A stretch of 64,000 nt of DNA from Tubiluchus corallicola (GCA_030141605.1 JAQGDQ010000229.1:294743-358742); one strand, 5' to 3'. Positions 1 through 15,374 are shown, counted from the stretch's first letter. Notes: generated by a model from the letters alone, not told the origin. Program-made: numbers and translations.

Positions 1-355
1 TGCTTTCTTTCTTGTTTCACTTCTTCTTCCTTCTCTTCTCCTTTTTAGGCTCAGCAGTTGACCAGGCCTACAATCATTTCTCGTTTTCGCATTTTAATTG
101 TTTATTCTTCGTTGTTTCTTTCTTAATTTTATTTCTTAATTTTTATCATTCTTTCCTTTATTTCATATTTTCTTTTTACGTTCCTTCCTTCCTTCTTATT
201 TGTTCCCTTTCTTCTTTCCATATGTGTTTCTCGGTTTCTTCGTTGCTTCCTTCGCTTTTTATTTCTTATTTTTTTATTTCTTTCTATCTTGGCTTCTTTT
301 GTTTGTTCTTTCTTTCCTTTTTCTTAACTGCTTCTCTCATCTTTTCTTTCTTTCG
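1..355. repeat. Pyrimidine-rich low-complexity tract (TTTC/TTCT-like)
   Basis: Almost exclusively T/C with degenerate ttct/tttc units; the 118-aa F/S/L-rich ORF is a by-product. Confidence 0.85.
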
Positions 356-899
356 ATCTAGGGTTTAGGTCTCAGTTACTAATTTTTCTTATTCATTTCT
401 ACTATAACAAAAGGTAATAGTTGTGATCTTGTGCGGAATAGTTCGAGAGATTGCAAGTTATTATTCTCTTGAATGATGTTTTATCTCATTTGTTACACGA
501 GCAGGTGAAATGCAGTACCCGCTATAGAAGCAAAGACCCTCTGGCTCAGTTTAACTTATCACGGAAATTTCGGTTTGTATTTATTCTCAAAACTCATCGA
601 CTAGAAAACCTGCAAATAAGCAAGCAGTTTTACAGACATTTAGGTGTTGGATGCATGCCAAACAAATTTCCATGACATTATTTTGGCAATTTCAATCTGC
701 TTAACTCCCGTCGAAACGAAAAAGCTCTACCACAAATGCGCCGCCGTGTTATTACTGAGTGTTTTAAACTGCCAATTCAGTAAAAAATTATTCCAAAGCT
801 TGTAGACAAAGCGTTTGTTATAGTAACAGGTATTTTTAAAAAAAGTTTTTTCTAAAGCAAGTGATGTAAGTGCGAATCGCCCAATCATACTCCGCCCCT

Positions 900-1670
900 G
901 CAATTTGAGGATTCCAGCTTATTCGACCTATACGTTAGGGCTAAAAATATAGATAATAAAACATTTTAACCTGCTTTTTGATCCTGTGAGGGACCTGGGA
1001 GTAGCTGTAGACTTTGCTTTAAACAATTTCTATTGTTCTAAAGTTCAGTTTATCCTCAGCAATGATGAGAAATCTGTCAGGTTTCCCCTTAGTTTCCAAC
1101 ACCCAATGTAATATTTGTGGCGTGAATGGACTCTGAGCACATCATCAAACAGATATCTCCAAAATGATCCACTGAACCAGCAGAGACGTCTCAACTGCGT
1201 TAACCCTCCCTCAACGAGGTTTGATGGTTTGATGCGCTAGTGTCTAATGTTCCACAGTTAATCATTAGCAAGGTTTTTACCAATCTTACCAATGAGAAAA
1301 ATGTATAGTAAAAATTTCTTTTTGGACACATATTCGCTCGTTTGTAACGTCAGTATCATGCGTGTGAACTATACTTTTGAAATATGATTGTGTATGTAAT
1401 CATTTTTTTAGGTTAGCTATGTTGTTGTAATATACCATGACTGTTGAACTAACATGTTTTTTCTTTGTGTTGATAACGCCATGGCCATTTCATTGTTATC
1501 ATCTACATTAACTAGCACTGTAATTAGGTCACTTTACAATGGGTGGCCTGTACGTTATGCAGTGGTCTTTTCATCTTGTACAGGTTTCCCTTGCTAATTT
1601 ATTGTGTTGTATATTTCTTATTATTGTGTTAATTTGTTATGGTTAAAATAAATGTCGAATATCAATATCA
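900..1670 (+). mobile_element. Highly decayed LINE (CR1/L2-like) 3' remnant
   Basis: VRDLGVAVD motif at ~985-1012 typical of the post-RT region of CR1/L2 ORF2; AATAAA followed by a short tandem tail (aatatc) at ~1647-1670. Confidence 0.35.
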
Positions 1671-2203
1671 AGGAAGTGAGCAGCCCGAAACAGTACGGCG
1701 AAGTGAAATGAACAGTACAGTACAGTTAAGCCCCTGGAGCGAGTGTCGAACCTAAGCGGTCAAGCGCTTCTCATTTCTGAAGCATGCGCGCGTAATAAAC
1801 TCTGCATGAAAATGTGAAACCTTGCATTAAAGAAACCACAAGCCACGAATGACGTAATGTTTCTAACAACTCTGCCATGTCAAATAAGACGTAATTATTG
1901 CTCAAAACGAATTCATGCATTTTGCAAAAAGTTATTGATTAGTGGATAACGGAACGTGTTAAACTCTCACGCTATCTCGCAGAAATCTTTATCGCAATGC
2001 AGTCACGAAAGGTTGGCGTTCTAATCCGGGAATCGACTAATCCACTTTAGTTAGCATGCACGTAACAATACTTGTGCACACGGGTAAAATTCGGGAGGGG
2101 GGGGGGAGAAGTACAGGAAAAAGTAGGTGGCCAAAAGTATTTTTTTCGGAGCGAAAAATATTTGCCAACCGCAGTTAGAGTCACCGTAAAAGTGGTGGTG
2201 GTC

Positions 2204-2333
2204 GTGCTAGTATCTGCAACCTCATTGCTAGAACCCACAACCTCAGTGCTAGTACTCGCAACCTCAGTGCTAGTACCCGCAACCTCAGCACTAGTAAACG
2301 CAACCTCAGTACTAGTGTGCTAGTACCTGCAAC
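2204..2333. repeat. 21-bp minisatellite, ~6 degenerate copies
   Basis: Consensus gtgctagtacccgcaacctca repeated head-to-tail. Confidence 0.85.
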
Positions 2334-2824
2334 TATGTTTGTCTATGTAATAGTTCAGTTGACCGTAGGTTCATCCGTGAACCATAGCCCTAGGGCATTC
2401 GAGACAAAAATTTTGATTAAAATTTATGCAAACTTAACTGTGAACTAAGCTATTTTTAATGATGAAAATAAAAAACAATGTTCCCTTTAATTGCTGTTCC
2501 TTTTTTTGAAGTTATTTCAAGCTTTACAACAACAGAAAAGTATGTACTTGAAAACTTCTAAAATTCGCTGACTTTCTTTATTGAAAACGCTACAGAAATT
2601 GTTTGTAAAAAGTGTAAAAGAGCTTCTAGCCAAACTTTGTTTTCAATTACTAAAACATAAAGTGTTTGTTTTATTTTCAGCTTAGAACAGCTTTTACGTG
2701 GTCAGAGTTAGAGGTGGGTACAGGGTGTCTAAATAAACTTCATATCAGGCGTATGTGAATAAAAGGCAGAGACATCTTTTATCGACTGTAAAATATCACT
2801 TTAATTGAACCCTTTTGGCATTTT

Positions 2825-3052
2825 TGCTATCTTCAGAAATATAGTTGGACTATATCCAAAGAAATTAGAAATTTAGTCAAAATAAAGTACAATTATAAAT
2901 TAGGGCATGAAATAAGGTGGTTTGTGAAGTAAAATAATTACTGAAACATAAACAAATAATTATCTGTAAAAAAGACGACCAAAAATAAAGACTTGGACTT
3001 CTATTGTCTCATTTTAGTTTGTTTTAGTTCGACTATATTTTTGAAGTTGGCA
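2825..3052. mobile_element. Small decayed MITE-like element
   Basis: Imperfect ~27-bp terminal inverted repeats (tgctatcttcagaaatatagttggacta / tagttcgactatatttttgaagttggca) around an AT-rich core. Confidence 0.4.
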
Positions 3053-5504
3053 GTAATGCCAGCAGGCCTCAAATAAAGTGAAACTATACAGTCAGTAAGG
3101 TGAGTCATTGCCTTTAGCGCCACTAAAACAGATTACTGCTTTGAATTCACTGGGTGAAAATTATTAGTTAGAGGGTAGAGCAGACTGAATGACTTTTTTG
3201 GAACGCCTAATTTTTTCAGTATTTTGAGATGATATACGAATCAAACACAAATAACGTAGAGAAACGCAGCGCGCTCCAATTACGTCACTTTGATTTAAGC
3301 ATAATTTATGCATGTCGTAATTAGCATAATAATATGAATCGCGATCGCGATCGACAATGACAGCAATTAGGCGATGTTTATGGATGTTTTTCAACTACTT
3401 AGTGTAAGATTCGACAAAAAGCTGCAGACAATGCAAAGAAATGAATTCAGAAGAACAAGACTGAATGAATTCAGATCCAAATCCGCGAGCATGACGGCGT
3501 TTATCACTTATGCTTCCCACACATATGTCTGACAAGTGCAGTTTAGCCAATGTAAGTGTAACTAACCAATGGCAGGTACACATTATTACTGGAGCATGTC
3601 TAGTCTAGCGCGGTTTACTCATATGAGACTGTGAAGAGTAGTTTCCTCGAATTTTCACAGTTTCGGTCCTATCTCGGACACTTAAATATCTCGACATTTC
3701 AACTGCACCATTGTCAGGCGCCCTGCTCCAGGTGTCTACACTACCAGTTTCGTGGCTCCACGTACTATAGTTTCCGAGTTATTCAATGTTAGGACTTGAA
3801 ATGACCGATGTCCTGTGTCCTTCACCCTTTGACTGAGGTCACCATAACATTGCAGCTGTTCACCATGAAAGTTTCTTGACCGTAGTACACTCGTTTGCGA
3901 GTTAAACAAGTCCAAGAAAATTCGATGCCTAATTTTAGATCCGCGCCGCTCGCGGATTAAATTTATTTCCGTGCAGAACGAAATCAAAGATTAAGGACAA
4001 GCGGGAAACCAGTTACTTAAACGCAAAAATTCGGTTTTAGAAAACAGTACTTACAACTTCCATAGTTTTCTAATTATTATTATTAATATTTATCATAGAA
4101 ACTTTTTTGACTAATTTTCCACTTAAAATAAGTCTGAGACAAAAAATTGGCCGGCCAAACATAAAAGTCTATAACCTAAAAATAACTAAACTGAAATTGT
4201 TAATTACCATTTTAATTAAACGCAGTTGATATATTACTTTAGTGTCGCCTGTATGTCTGTGAATTCATTCTTTTCTGAATCATTATTTTCACATGTGACA
4301 AATGGTGAAAAATTTTATGTTACAAAGTAATAATTATGTATGATTATAAAACATGATTTTACATTACAAAGTAATAATTTTCATAGTTTTTTTTTGGTTA
4401 TAATTGGTTTGATAGCCACCGCAATTTTACACGCAGATCCCTGCATTTTGTACGTCGGCGACACATTTTGATTATACTTGTTGAAAAAACGTATTTATGC
4501 ATGTTTTTAACACATGTGTAGTAAAAAAGATTTTTACAATCTTTACTTTCGGAAAAAATAAAAATTACAAACGCCTTACCTCAAATTCAATGTCATGTTC
4601 AGTAAATCGGGTTTTTGAATACCTGCAAAAGAGGATAACACTAATTACATAAACATTTAAAATGCATAGCAAGCATTTTCCTGAGTGTGTAATTAATGGT
4701 TAGGTAAATCGGTATGGTGCAGATTTAGCTTAACCATGCGGCCTAGGCCACAAAACAATGAAGAATCTTGTTAATAGCTTAGAGAATTGCCCAAATATAA
4801 ATTATAAATCGCAACTAAAATGAGCAAAGTTTATACGGAGAGTATCATGTCGTTAAGAGTTTGCTTATTCACGCAATTATATCAAGGCAATTTTAGTAAT
4901 CGGTTTAACGGGAAGTAATTTTATAATCTTACATTACGAGAGTGGCAATTAGTGTGCTGGGTGTATGCTAAAACCCGTATTTCCTTAATTCATGGTAAGA
5001 ATGTTCCTGGGGTGTACTTCGCCATTTACATCTGCTCTTCGTGCAGTCTGCTAGCAGATGATAAGAACAAAAACGAATAGCCAGCCTACGTTTCCCATTT
5101 CATTAGCGAGATTAATTAAATTCAGTAATATAAACGAAAACTATGGCGATTTAACTTAATTTAAGCACACTAAAACGTTGCCGCTGTTTTGTTAGAAACG
5201 TAAGCCGAAGACACTGATATCCCCTCTACAAGCAGTGGGAGAATAAATAATACTATCAAGAACGACGAATTAATTTGTTCTTTGGTTAACATTGAAAACG
5301 GACTCTCCCATGAGACATAGATACGTTGTTTTTCTCCTAGGACGGCTATTGTGCAGTGAAGTGACAGACGGTTGTTGCAATAAATTAAATAGAAATGCAA
5401 AAAACATGCAAATCTTGATTGAAATTACGAGAAAAAGAGTAAGGGGTAGTCTAAAGCAATGTAGATTAGAATTAAAAAAAAGGGCACAGAGTTGCAATGA
5501 ATGA

Positions 5505-5514
5505 GAGTTGTTGC

Positions 5515-5559
<45 letters not shown>
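5505..5559. repeat. (GTT)n microsatellite
   Basis: Direct reading. Confidence 0.95.
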
Positions 5560-5898
5560 ATGTGAATTATGTGAATTACAGTACTTCGCTTTGAAAGCTG
5601 CCGCGAAACTAACGCTTACTCGTTTTCATCCCAAATGTTTCGCAGGGCTTTACTCTCTAATACGCATTAACTGTTATTCCTTTATCCTAGTAGTATAGGA
5701 GTTTGTATTAGTGTTGTGTGCCAGTCAGCTTTGTTTAATTTTAAATTAATGTCCTTTGCGTTTGTATAACATTATCAGTCAGCCTTTTGTTGATGCAACT
5801 CTGTATCTGTAATATGTCTTAATATATTCAAATCTTATTTACGTGTAGAACAACTCCCTGCAAATAGATAACACCTTTTTGTATATTTTTGTTTTATT

Positions 5899-5899
5899 A

Positions 5900-5938
<39 letters not shown>

Positions 5939-5957
5939 TTATCATAAATAATAATAA
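5899..5957. repeat. (AAT)n microsatellite
   Basis: Direct reading. Confidence 0.95.
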
Positions 5958-7094
5958 TGTGTTTACTTATTTGTTTTACTGCTCGTGTTACTGATGTTAT
6001 TTTTGTTATCATTTTTAGTTGTTGCAGAGGTCGACGGTGATGACAGTGGCGCAATTATTATTTAAATTAGGCCGCTTTCAAAATATACTGGAAAGATTTA
6101 ACGTCCTTACTTTTAGACTAGACCTCGAACAGATTTTTCCACTATAACATACAGTTTCAAAAAATGCTTTGGCTTATTTTTGCAAGTTCGTCTTACTATA
6201 GTTCGATTTTTGTTACCGAGATTTTCTGACGGCAAGGAAATGGACGAAGCATAAATATCCGTCCTTTAAATAAAGTTCGATTAAGGCTCACTGTAATCGC
6301 AACTTGTTAGGCACAATGGCAGGTAATCTACTTATACTTCAAAGTCAATATCTTCAAGGAAAATTCAGTAGGATCTTTGTTATATAATAACATGGTTTAA
6401 TAAGAAAAATGATGTAACCGCATCTGTAATTCCAATACCAATCTAACATATTTGATTAATACTTTTGAGCAGATTAAGTTCAATGTTACATTGCATTAAG
6501 TTCATTGTTAGTCAGCCATTTGCATTTTTGTAAATTTGGTACAAGCGGAATCGTACGGATTTTAGAAAAACATTAAAACATTTTACGCTATGCTAAAGTT
6601 AGAGTGTACCAGCCTCTTTTAGCTCTGCAACGATTTAATAGACGGCGACACCAGTGCAATGTAGTCTTCTTATGCATTTAGAAGCGTCATCAAAACCTAT
6701 GAGTATTATACAGCGTTATGCAAGTTGTACGAATACAAGCAGATCCAGACTGCATTGCGTTGTGCAAATTGTTCGCTTTAATGTGTTATGCAAATTTGAA
6801 TCAATATTTGGTTATGATATCATCAGATAGGCTTGTATGTGGCAGTAATGTTAATCACTCAAACGTGAAATACAGTGCCGGGTTTACGGTAGTTTCACGG
6901 CAGTTACTTCTAAATCAGAAATTATGCCGACTGTACTAACAAGAAACTTAATTGAACTTCTACATAACTTACATAATGATTATTGGCTTTCCAAGCATAG
7001 TATAGTAGTTCACATAAAAGTTACAATTAAAAATAGAAATCAAGTGTGTTAACTTTACAATCATTTCATTAATAATTTTAAAGAACAAAAACAA

Positions 7095-7127
<33 letters not shown>

Positions 7128-7189
7128 TAGCAACAGAAACACCAATATTATCGTTACTGGTGACTGGACTGTTGCATTGCTGTTAGGTG

Positions 7190-7450
7190 AATTAATTAAC
7201 CTAAATTAAATTAATCGATATGTCTATTAGAATCGATCAATTTAACAATTGATAAACTCTAGCAGAATCGAACTGGAGTTTAATTGGCAATTAGATCAAC
7301 TCGAATCAATCAGTAAGGCTAGTCGATTTAAGCGGTACAATAAGCTCCAACAGAATCGAGCGAGAGTTTAATAATTTGAATAAATCGAATCAATCAATTT
7401 GTCGAATTAATCGATTCCTCTAATAAGTCCAGCAGAATTGATGACAGTTT
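7190..7450. repeat. Degenerate ~85-bp tandem repeat, ~3 copies
   Basis: Recurring ataa(a/g)ctc(t/c)a(g/a)cagaatcga..gagtttaa at ~7251, ~7339, ~7421, with many aatcga units. Confidence 0.6.
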
Positions 7451-8209
7451 GTGTGCAGACACTAGACAGTTTGTCTCCTTGACAAATTGACATATCATTG
7501 ACTGAATTTATGCATCACAAGTTGACACTATTGATTACAGTAAAGTGGGCGCTATATATGTCGCCTTACTCTCGTTTATCTTGAGAATTTCCAGCGCTCT
7601 CATGTGGAAAACCCATTCTGATTATCACAGTATAAAATCGATCTTGATTATCGGAGGACTACTGACTGATGACTCTTGGTGTGCGTGCGTGCGTGTGTGT
7701 GTGTATGTGTGCGTGTTAACAGCTATTCTCTTCATTTTAGAAAAGGATTGTAAAACAAGTGACCAGTTATCGGTTTGTTAATCGCCAGGTGACGCTTTTT
7801 AACATAAACTTAACCATCAAGTGATATTCTAGTTTTGGGATGTCATGAAGTGGTTTCAATAATTTCGTCAATTGTGTTTCAGTTTTATTTATGAACTAAT
7901 TATTAAGAACTAATTATGTTACATCTATCTTGAATTTCTTTCTAATGCTAGGCTACTCGTTTAGAGCAGCCAACTGTAAAATCTAAAATGTGCAAGTATC
8001 ATGCGTATCTTCCTACTAATAAATGTATTTATTTTACCTTGCTTATGAAAGTATGTCAAATTTGTGATTTTTTATAGCAGTTATAGATAAACTTCTATAG
8101 TCTACCTGACATTAGCAGGGTCTGTCAAGTTTGCTTTGTAGCTGCGTCTCCTCAATAAACAGGTCATTGTTGTTGTAATGTCATGAGCGTATATTATCAT
8201 GTTAGTGTC

Positions 8210-8263
8210 AAATAAATAAATGAATAAATAATAAAATAATAATAATAATAATAATAAAAAATA

Positions 8264-8338
<75 letters not shown>

Positions 8339-8355
8339 TATTATTATTATTATAA
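8210..8355. repeat. (AAT)n microsatellite
   Basis: Direct reading. Confidence 0.95.
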
Positions 8356-9264
8356 TATATAAATTATTCCAAAATAACGTTATTTGAAAGACGCATTTTG
8401 AAATGATTTGCTGAAAGTCAACCAGTGACAACAGGTAGAGAACGTAGCTTGCCTTAAGTGCAGCGCATGTTTACCGTCGGGACAACTGCATTAAGGTTTT
8501 ATTATGGCTTCAGCGCGTATGGCTTCTGCTATAAGATGTATCAGCCTGGAAGACGTTGGCAGCAAACAGCAGGAACTCATGAGTTGCCAAGCAACTACAA
8601 AGCATCGTTTCAGCGTGTGGCACAGTTATTATGTCGCCTATAAATCAAGAAGCATATTAGCCGGGGCTACCTTATAATAGCGTGCTTTGTAGATGTCTCT
8701 TGGGTTGCTGGTAATTATTTTTTAGTAGCGCTGGGTCATTCTATATGGTTAACTATTTATAAAGCTAACCAATATAGTACACAGTGTAACATAACTTTTA
8801 GCTAAGTGGGTGATGGGGATGGGAGGAGAGGTGCGCAGAAACAACAAGTAATTGTGTAGGACAAGTTATGACATCGAAGTATTGCAGACACAACAATGAA
8901 TTTGTAATGGCCTGAAAACTAGTGTGTAAACCTCGCCTGTCTCACACAGCCTGTAAACTTGAGGAATGTGACTGAGGTGACTCAAAGAACTCGAGATTCT
9001 CTAACGTAGATATCTCACAATCTTATTTGTTGAATACCGATCAACGGCAGATATCGTCTTAGCTTACCATTCTGCCTTTCAGCTCCAATGTGTTCGATGG
9101 GCTGAGGTAGAGTGAATTTCCAGGCCATTCAGTTCAATCGAACACGCGGGATATGTTTCAGCTTCATTTGGATGTAATAAATTGACTGTACTTCTACAAA
9201 TTGTTTCTGCAATACAGCACAAAGTGACGTATCTTTCTGCAGTTAGAACAACGACCGTCACCTC

Positions 9265-9795
9265 ACAGACAGTGCCAATGTCGCCAGTCTGCGACACTTT
9301 TGAGAATTTCACACCTGTTACACCTGTTTCTCGTGTTGCACACAATCTTATCTTAAGTTCAAAATCATCGATACATTCACCATTTTGAAAACTCCAACGG
9401 TGTCCCAATCTTACTACTTCTACAAACTGTAGATTCAGTCTGTTAAGTTTAGGATTATGACATAGTGATATAAACCCTGTTGAAAGTACTCAAAACGTCT
9501 TTGTTCTAATAAATTTCACGTAAACAGTCCCAATGTCGAGAGTGTGCAACACTCCTCTGTTGTACTGATTCTTCAAACTCTACAGTCTACAGCACACAAT
9601 ATTATCTTAAATTCACAATCATCGACACATTTACTATTTTCAGAACTTCAACAGAATCACCAAAACGGCCATCATTTAAAAAACTCTAACAAACAGTTTC
9701 CAGTTTTGCTGCTTGTACAAACTCTATATTCTCTGAAGTTTAGGATCACGACATAAATCTTTGTTGAAACCGCCCAAAACCTCTTTATTCCAGTA
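9265..9795. repeat. Diverged tandem duplication, ~255-290-bp unit
   Basis: Matching blocks acagt(g/c)ccaatgtcg (9269/9524), cacaat(c/a)ttatcttaa (9341/9595), aagtttaggat (9445/9737). Confidence 0.7.
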
Positions 9796-12700
9796 TTGAT
9801 TCTGAAATTTCTAATAAGACAGTCAAGGCGTTATTGAAGAGTACACGAGCTAATTTTTTTACGGTTATTACACAAAAACGAATTATTATCTCGATGCTTG
9901 CCAACTAGCTTAATATAAATAAATAAAGTACGCCTGAGCTATTTATCTAAAAGAGAGTAATAAATACGTTCACAGCCTCCTCGCCATAAAAATAATCCAT
10001 TCCCAGTCTTCTAGTAGCTTCTTTGAAATTAATCACTCGCCTGAGCGTGCGAAATGTTTGGGGAATTAATTAATCAAAACGGGTCACCTAGGTTGATTTA
10101 ACAGAGCTTACGCTTCCTTATCTCTAATCTGAAGCCAGAGATCGGAAAATAAGCCACCTGAATATGCTAAGGGAAAGATCTTGTTTAATTAGTGTAGCAC
10201 GCAAGGGCGTATTGATAGTATTATCACTTCATAATCAGCTAAGCAAATTACTACATTAGCGAAATATTGGCTTCATGGTAAATCTACGAAAGAGGGGGAA
10301 GGGAAGGCTGCTATAAGAAAAAAGGCAGCGCGCATCATTATTTAAAGAAAAGAAAGTGTTGATTTATTGAAAATTAAAGTTTGAAAATTAACATTGTAAT
10401 TCCGGTGTTTTATCTACTTGCTTAACGGCAGATAAACAGGGTTTTCTTTTGCGAATTCTTAGATTACCTGGATCCACCCATGGTAAGTATTAAGTTGGCA
10501 CATTCAGTGACATTCTACAGGTTAGATTTACTTGCTTGCACCTAATAGTGTAATGTCTGGGCTGAATTTACAGTAAAACGCCATTAAGGTTGCTTTTCAC
10601 AAACCCGTGCTAGTATACGTTTACTTCTGCAAACATTCTATAAATTTTCCCTCTAAAACCAACACAGTTTGGACTGGCTTCGCAATATTTTAATAGCTCT
10701 GCGGCCAGTGGTTATTAAGCCTACTACTGAGCCTATTTACAAAGTTTAATTCATTTAATGTAAAAAGGGGTTTTTACAAGAATCTCAGGAAGGTGGGGTC
10801 CCCTACTTTATACAAAATAAAAAAGAAGCGTTTCCAGAAAGCTTTGTTAATGAATGGCGCCAACATGCCATACAAGAGTGTTTACAGTATGAGTGGCGCC
10901 ACCTTCGAACGGAGTATTAGTGGCTTATACTATTAAAGTGATTTTTATTTGTATTATCATCCGTTCTTCACATAAACACATAGTATTGCGTAAAGCACTA
11001 TTTTTTCTATATAGAAGCGCATAGCCTAATAAATAAAAAGTCAGAGTTTACAGGTCTGTACGTTTCTTATAATTCGAGGTGAGCCTTACACTAGTCAACC
11101 TAACCAAGTCGTTAACGAAAATCATTACCAGCTAGTTTACATGGAATTAAAGTGAAATTATCGTCTGATATGGAAAAGCCGGCGTTGGCTTCCCCCTCCC
11201 CTTTGAGAATTCAAACCGATAAGTAATAGCATTAACAACGGGAATGACAAGCTTGAATACCAGTCAGTCGAACCGTATGATTTTTTTTTGAAATTGAAGA
11301 TTGTTGAACTTTTGGTGACACAGTTCAATGAAGCCAATCTTCTGGCATACATACTTCAGAGTCCAGATGGATTTTATCTTAGTTTCTCACTACATAGGTC
11401 AAGCACAGCATGCTAACGAATAGCTTGTTTAGTAAGTAAATACTGAGTGAATGAACGCTCAAACAACGTAATGGAACAAAATTTGACTCGATTTCTCAAA
11501 ACGCAAGATTATTCGAAGCCACCCTTGGCCGATTTCAAAACCATTCTGAATCAGTCACATTCGCATCCTCCAACATGACGTTCCTTTCCTCTACTGAAGA
11601 TGCGCTAAACCTGTGACCATTCAGATTTTGATGTAAACAAAGTTCTTTCTTTCAGAGTACCAGTTGACTCGGATGGGACTGAACAACATTGTAAGCAATG
11701 GCTCAACAGCCAGAATGCGATCAATGTAGCGCCCCAATGACGTTTGGCAGAGAAAATTGCATCAAGAGAAGCTCAAGCTGTGAATGATGTACCCGGGAGG
11801 CAAAATGAACATGCGTTTTTGACGTGCGGGACGGCCGATAATAACTACATTTTGCTTTGCCCGGGTGAGAAAACAGGAATTTAAAAGCTGGAGGGATGAC
11901 CATTATGGCGCAGAGAGGATGTGATCGATCGTTGAGAAGAGATGAGTAAGCAATTCCCAGTTAGAATCGTTTGTGCCAAGCTTTGGTAAAAATGACATGA
12001 AAGCAGTCGAAATAATTTGTAGCATGGTTTTAGTTCAGACATGCAGAAACATTATGACGCTGGATACGTTTTAGTTACACATTTACATACAGTTGCACAA
12101 AAAAGCATAAAGGAATGACAGGAAAATGGCAGTTTAGATTCTACAAATAATTCATTACGTTACTAGAACCAAAGCATTAATCTTCTTAGAGCACCCTTAC
12201 ATGACTGCAGTAATAGGCAACACCAATAAGGGCACTGTATATCTTTTCCCATAACTACGCCTTCTATCTAGATAAAAATCAATCAACGGTGATCTAATTT
12301 CATCCACTAGTCGAAAAACGCTCTGTAAAGGAAATTAAAGTAATTGTTTTAACAAAGAGTTTGTTTTTCTACCGTTTCTAAAACTGACAGCCTTTGAAAC
12401 CCGTCACGCATGTAAGCGAAACAACTGACACCCTTTGAAGCCAAAGATCTAGTCGACTGATTTCTTCCAGCCTGAATCAAAGCTGATCTCATTAAATGAG
12501 TAATGAAAAACTAACCCGTACTCGTCGAGGTCTGCTCAAGTATGTAGCACACGAAATTGTCTGTGAGTGATAAGAACAAGAGCTCGCTGGTCGATAGAGT
12601 GAAGAGATGGATAACTCTTGTGCGATATTGTAACAGCGTTTGTGTGTGTACAGCCTCCGCAACGACTTGTAGAGAATACAAACTGTTCATTCTCAAACGC

Positions 12701-13394
12701 CAGTGATACATCAGGTGGCACAAAAACGAGCTCACCAAAATTACGATGTTAATATACGAAAAAATAAAGGAAATTCTTGAAAATTAGCGCACTGATGTTG
12801 CAGCTGCTTCTGTGTAAACACCAAAAATTTTGTCATTTCCTTAATTTTTTCCAAAAATACTGAAGTTTTAACTCTAAAAAAATGAAGTCGGAAAAAATTT
12901 GTATGTCACTATTGTTAAAATTTACATCAACTATGCTATCTATCTACCATTTTCAATGCAAACTAGTAGAAGTTGAAGGTTTCACGCTCTTACCTGTATG
13001 TCAAAAAAGCCTGTGTGCTAAGTTTTTGTTCGTAAGTTCTTTTCATACACTCAGTCATGTGATTGTCACACGTTTTACCATTAAATTATATTAAAAAAAA
13101 TTGACAACTGGGAGCTTGCCTTACTTATCACGCTCTCAAACACAAGATACGCTGCCAGTGCAAATAAAGATACAAATCAAGGTGCTTGCTAAGTCAGGTG
13201 CACTTACTCTAATTAAAGAATGACTAACAGACAATTTTTACGCAAGAAGATAGATGACTGGGCTCTTATCTGGTCTTGGAAACAGACAAGATTTCAGTTC
13301 TATCAGCAGTAGAGAAAATTACTTGCAAGTAATTCATTGTCGTTTGCAGCTGGCACTCTGTTCCAAACTTTGAAGTGTACTGGAAATATAGTTA

Positions 13395-13540
13395 GTAGTG
13401 AAGATACAAATCCACAACTAATTAAATTTTGATATCAAATCGGAAAGGCCCGAAATGTGAAAAAATTGGAATACAGCTTGGATTTGAACCAGTAACCTCC
13501 TGCTTACAAGACAGACGCCTTAGATTACTAGGCCATTATA
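13395..13540 (-). mobile_element. tRNA-derived SINE (local family, copy 1)
   Basis: Reverse strand reads tggcctagtaatc (A-box-like) ... ggttcaaatcc (B box), followed by a body shared with 14620-14750 and 15375-15545. Confidence 0.6.
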
Positions 13541-14062
13541 TTTTCCACTGATCAAGGCAGTCCAAATCTCATTCCTTATCATTATTAATAATAATCTTGA
13601 TATAAATATAATAATGTAACATAACAAATAATGTAACAAATAAATGTAATAACTCTTGTAAAATAATTTAGTTACAAGATTTTTATGTGTAACGGTGTCG
13701 CATTGTTACCAGTGTAATATCAGTAATTGCAGCAAAACAGGTTCGCTTACATTAACCTAAAAATGTAGATCCTTGTTAATATTAATAGTAGGCATATTTT
13801 GTATTGTGTTTTGTTCATCGACCATGCTTTATACATGTGCATGGCTGTGTAATCTAATGTAGGGATCAATACTGATTCGATTGTTAGTTATGCAGTTATA
13901 GATCTACTATAGCTAATGGTTCATGGCAGAAAGCCAGTTAAGCACTGTAAAATCGTTAATTATAATAGTAAATATCATAGTTAATCAAACGTGTTGCATG
14001 GTGGTTTTATGATTTTACTTTTTTCGAAGTAGGATGAAATAATACTGTACTACAGGTGCAGG

Positions 14063-14296
<234 letters not shown>

Positions 14297-14619
14297 TTTT
14301 TATTTTTTATTTTCTGCATTTTCTATGCGGGCTCACATTCGCGTCGCACTAGACAGGTCATTCTAGAGGACCAAAACTTCAAAAGCAAAGCACTTTACGG
14401 CTTTAGACAAGCGTACAACAGTCTGCGAGGATGACTAGTAAGACGGCCAGTGTGACTAGACAAACTTTATGACATTTCGCAAACCATAAAGCGCAAAATA
14501 TTCTCTCAAAATATGCAGTGAAGCAGTGTAATTATTTTGCTATACTAACGACAAAAGTACAGTCGAATATAGTCTATATTATATAGACCTTTCAGCAACG
14601 AAGGAAAATTTATATCCTT

Positions 14620-14750
14620 TATTTATAATATTAATGTAAATCAACTGAATTTTTATACCAAAGCCTAAAGACAGGAATTGTGAAAAGTTAGACAGCCTGG
14701 ATTTGAACCAGGAATCTGCAGCTTGCAAGGTTGACGTCATAACCAATCTA
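14620..14750 (-). mobile_element. tRNA-derived SINE (copy 2)
   Basis: B box ggttcaaatcc on the minus strand; aligns by eye with 13400-13530. Confidence 0.55.
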
Positions 14751-15374
14751 ATGTGAGCGAGCTAACATTGGAATTAACGCATAGGCACTAAGCACAGTTT
14801 AAGGCATCAAGGCCCAGGCGGCACCAAGCTGACAAAAAATTGAGAACAGGTAAAAGGCCTTTCACGCGGTAGAGGGTTACAAGAGATTTAGGTACCTTGA
14901 CTGTTTTTTTCACATCACTATATAGTATTATAGTAGGGTTTTCGACTTTTGTCATCATGTTTTTACCTATTACCATGACAAGTTGGGAACACTGTAAGTC
15001 TGTAACCACATCCGCAATAGCCATTAACTAAGTCCCAGATCAGGAAGTATTATGATCAATTGTTCATGAAGTGGGGTTATTTTAACTCCTTGTTTAACAA
15101 CATTCTGTTTTTTTCCATCAGCAGGCATCATACCTTCTTTTCTCCAGCTGATTTATTTAATTAAAATTTCATTTAAAAGTAAATAAATAATTTAAGTGGC
15201 GTAAGTCGTATATAGAGCAATGGAATTTGTTTTATATATAATTTTTATGTGCTTTGAGCTGCGAAACGTGCATGCCGTGGCGCGGGGTAAGGACAGGCTG
15301 GAGCATCAGGTGTTGGGTGTGCTTAGAAGGTACCAGTACACCTGAATCCAGCCGAGCTTTTAGAACCCTTTAGA

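Noticed and set aside
2072-2323. 83-aa ORF with ATSVLV repeats
   Set aside because: Translation of a 21-bp minisatellite; no splice or homology support.
11160-11350. piggyBac transposase-like fragment (EPYDFFL..IVELLVTQ)
   Set aside because: Resemblance is limited to a few residues; no catalytic motifs or TTAA-flanked TIRs found.
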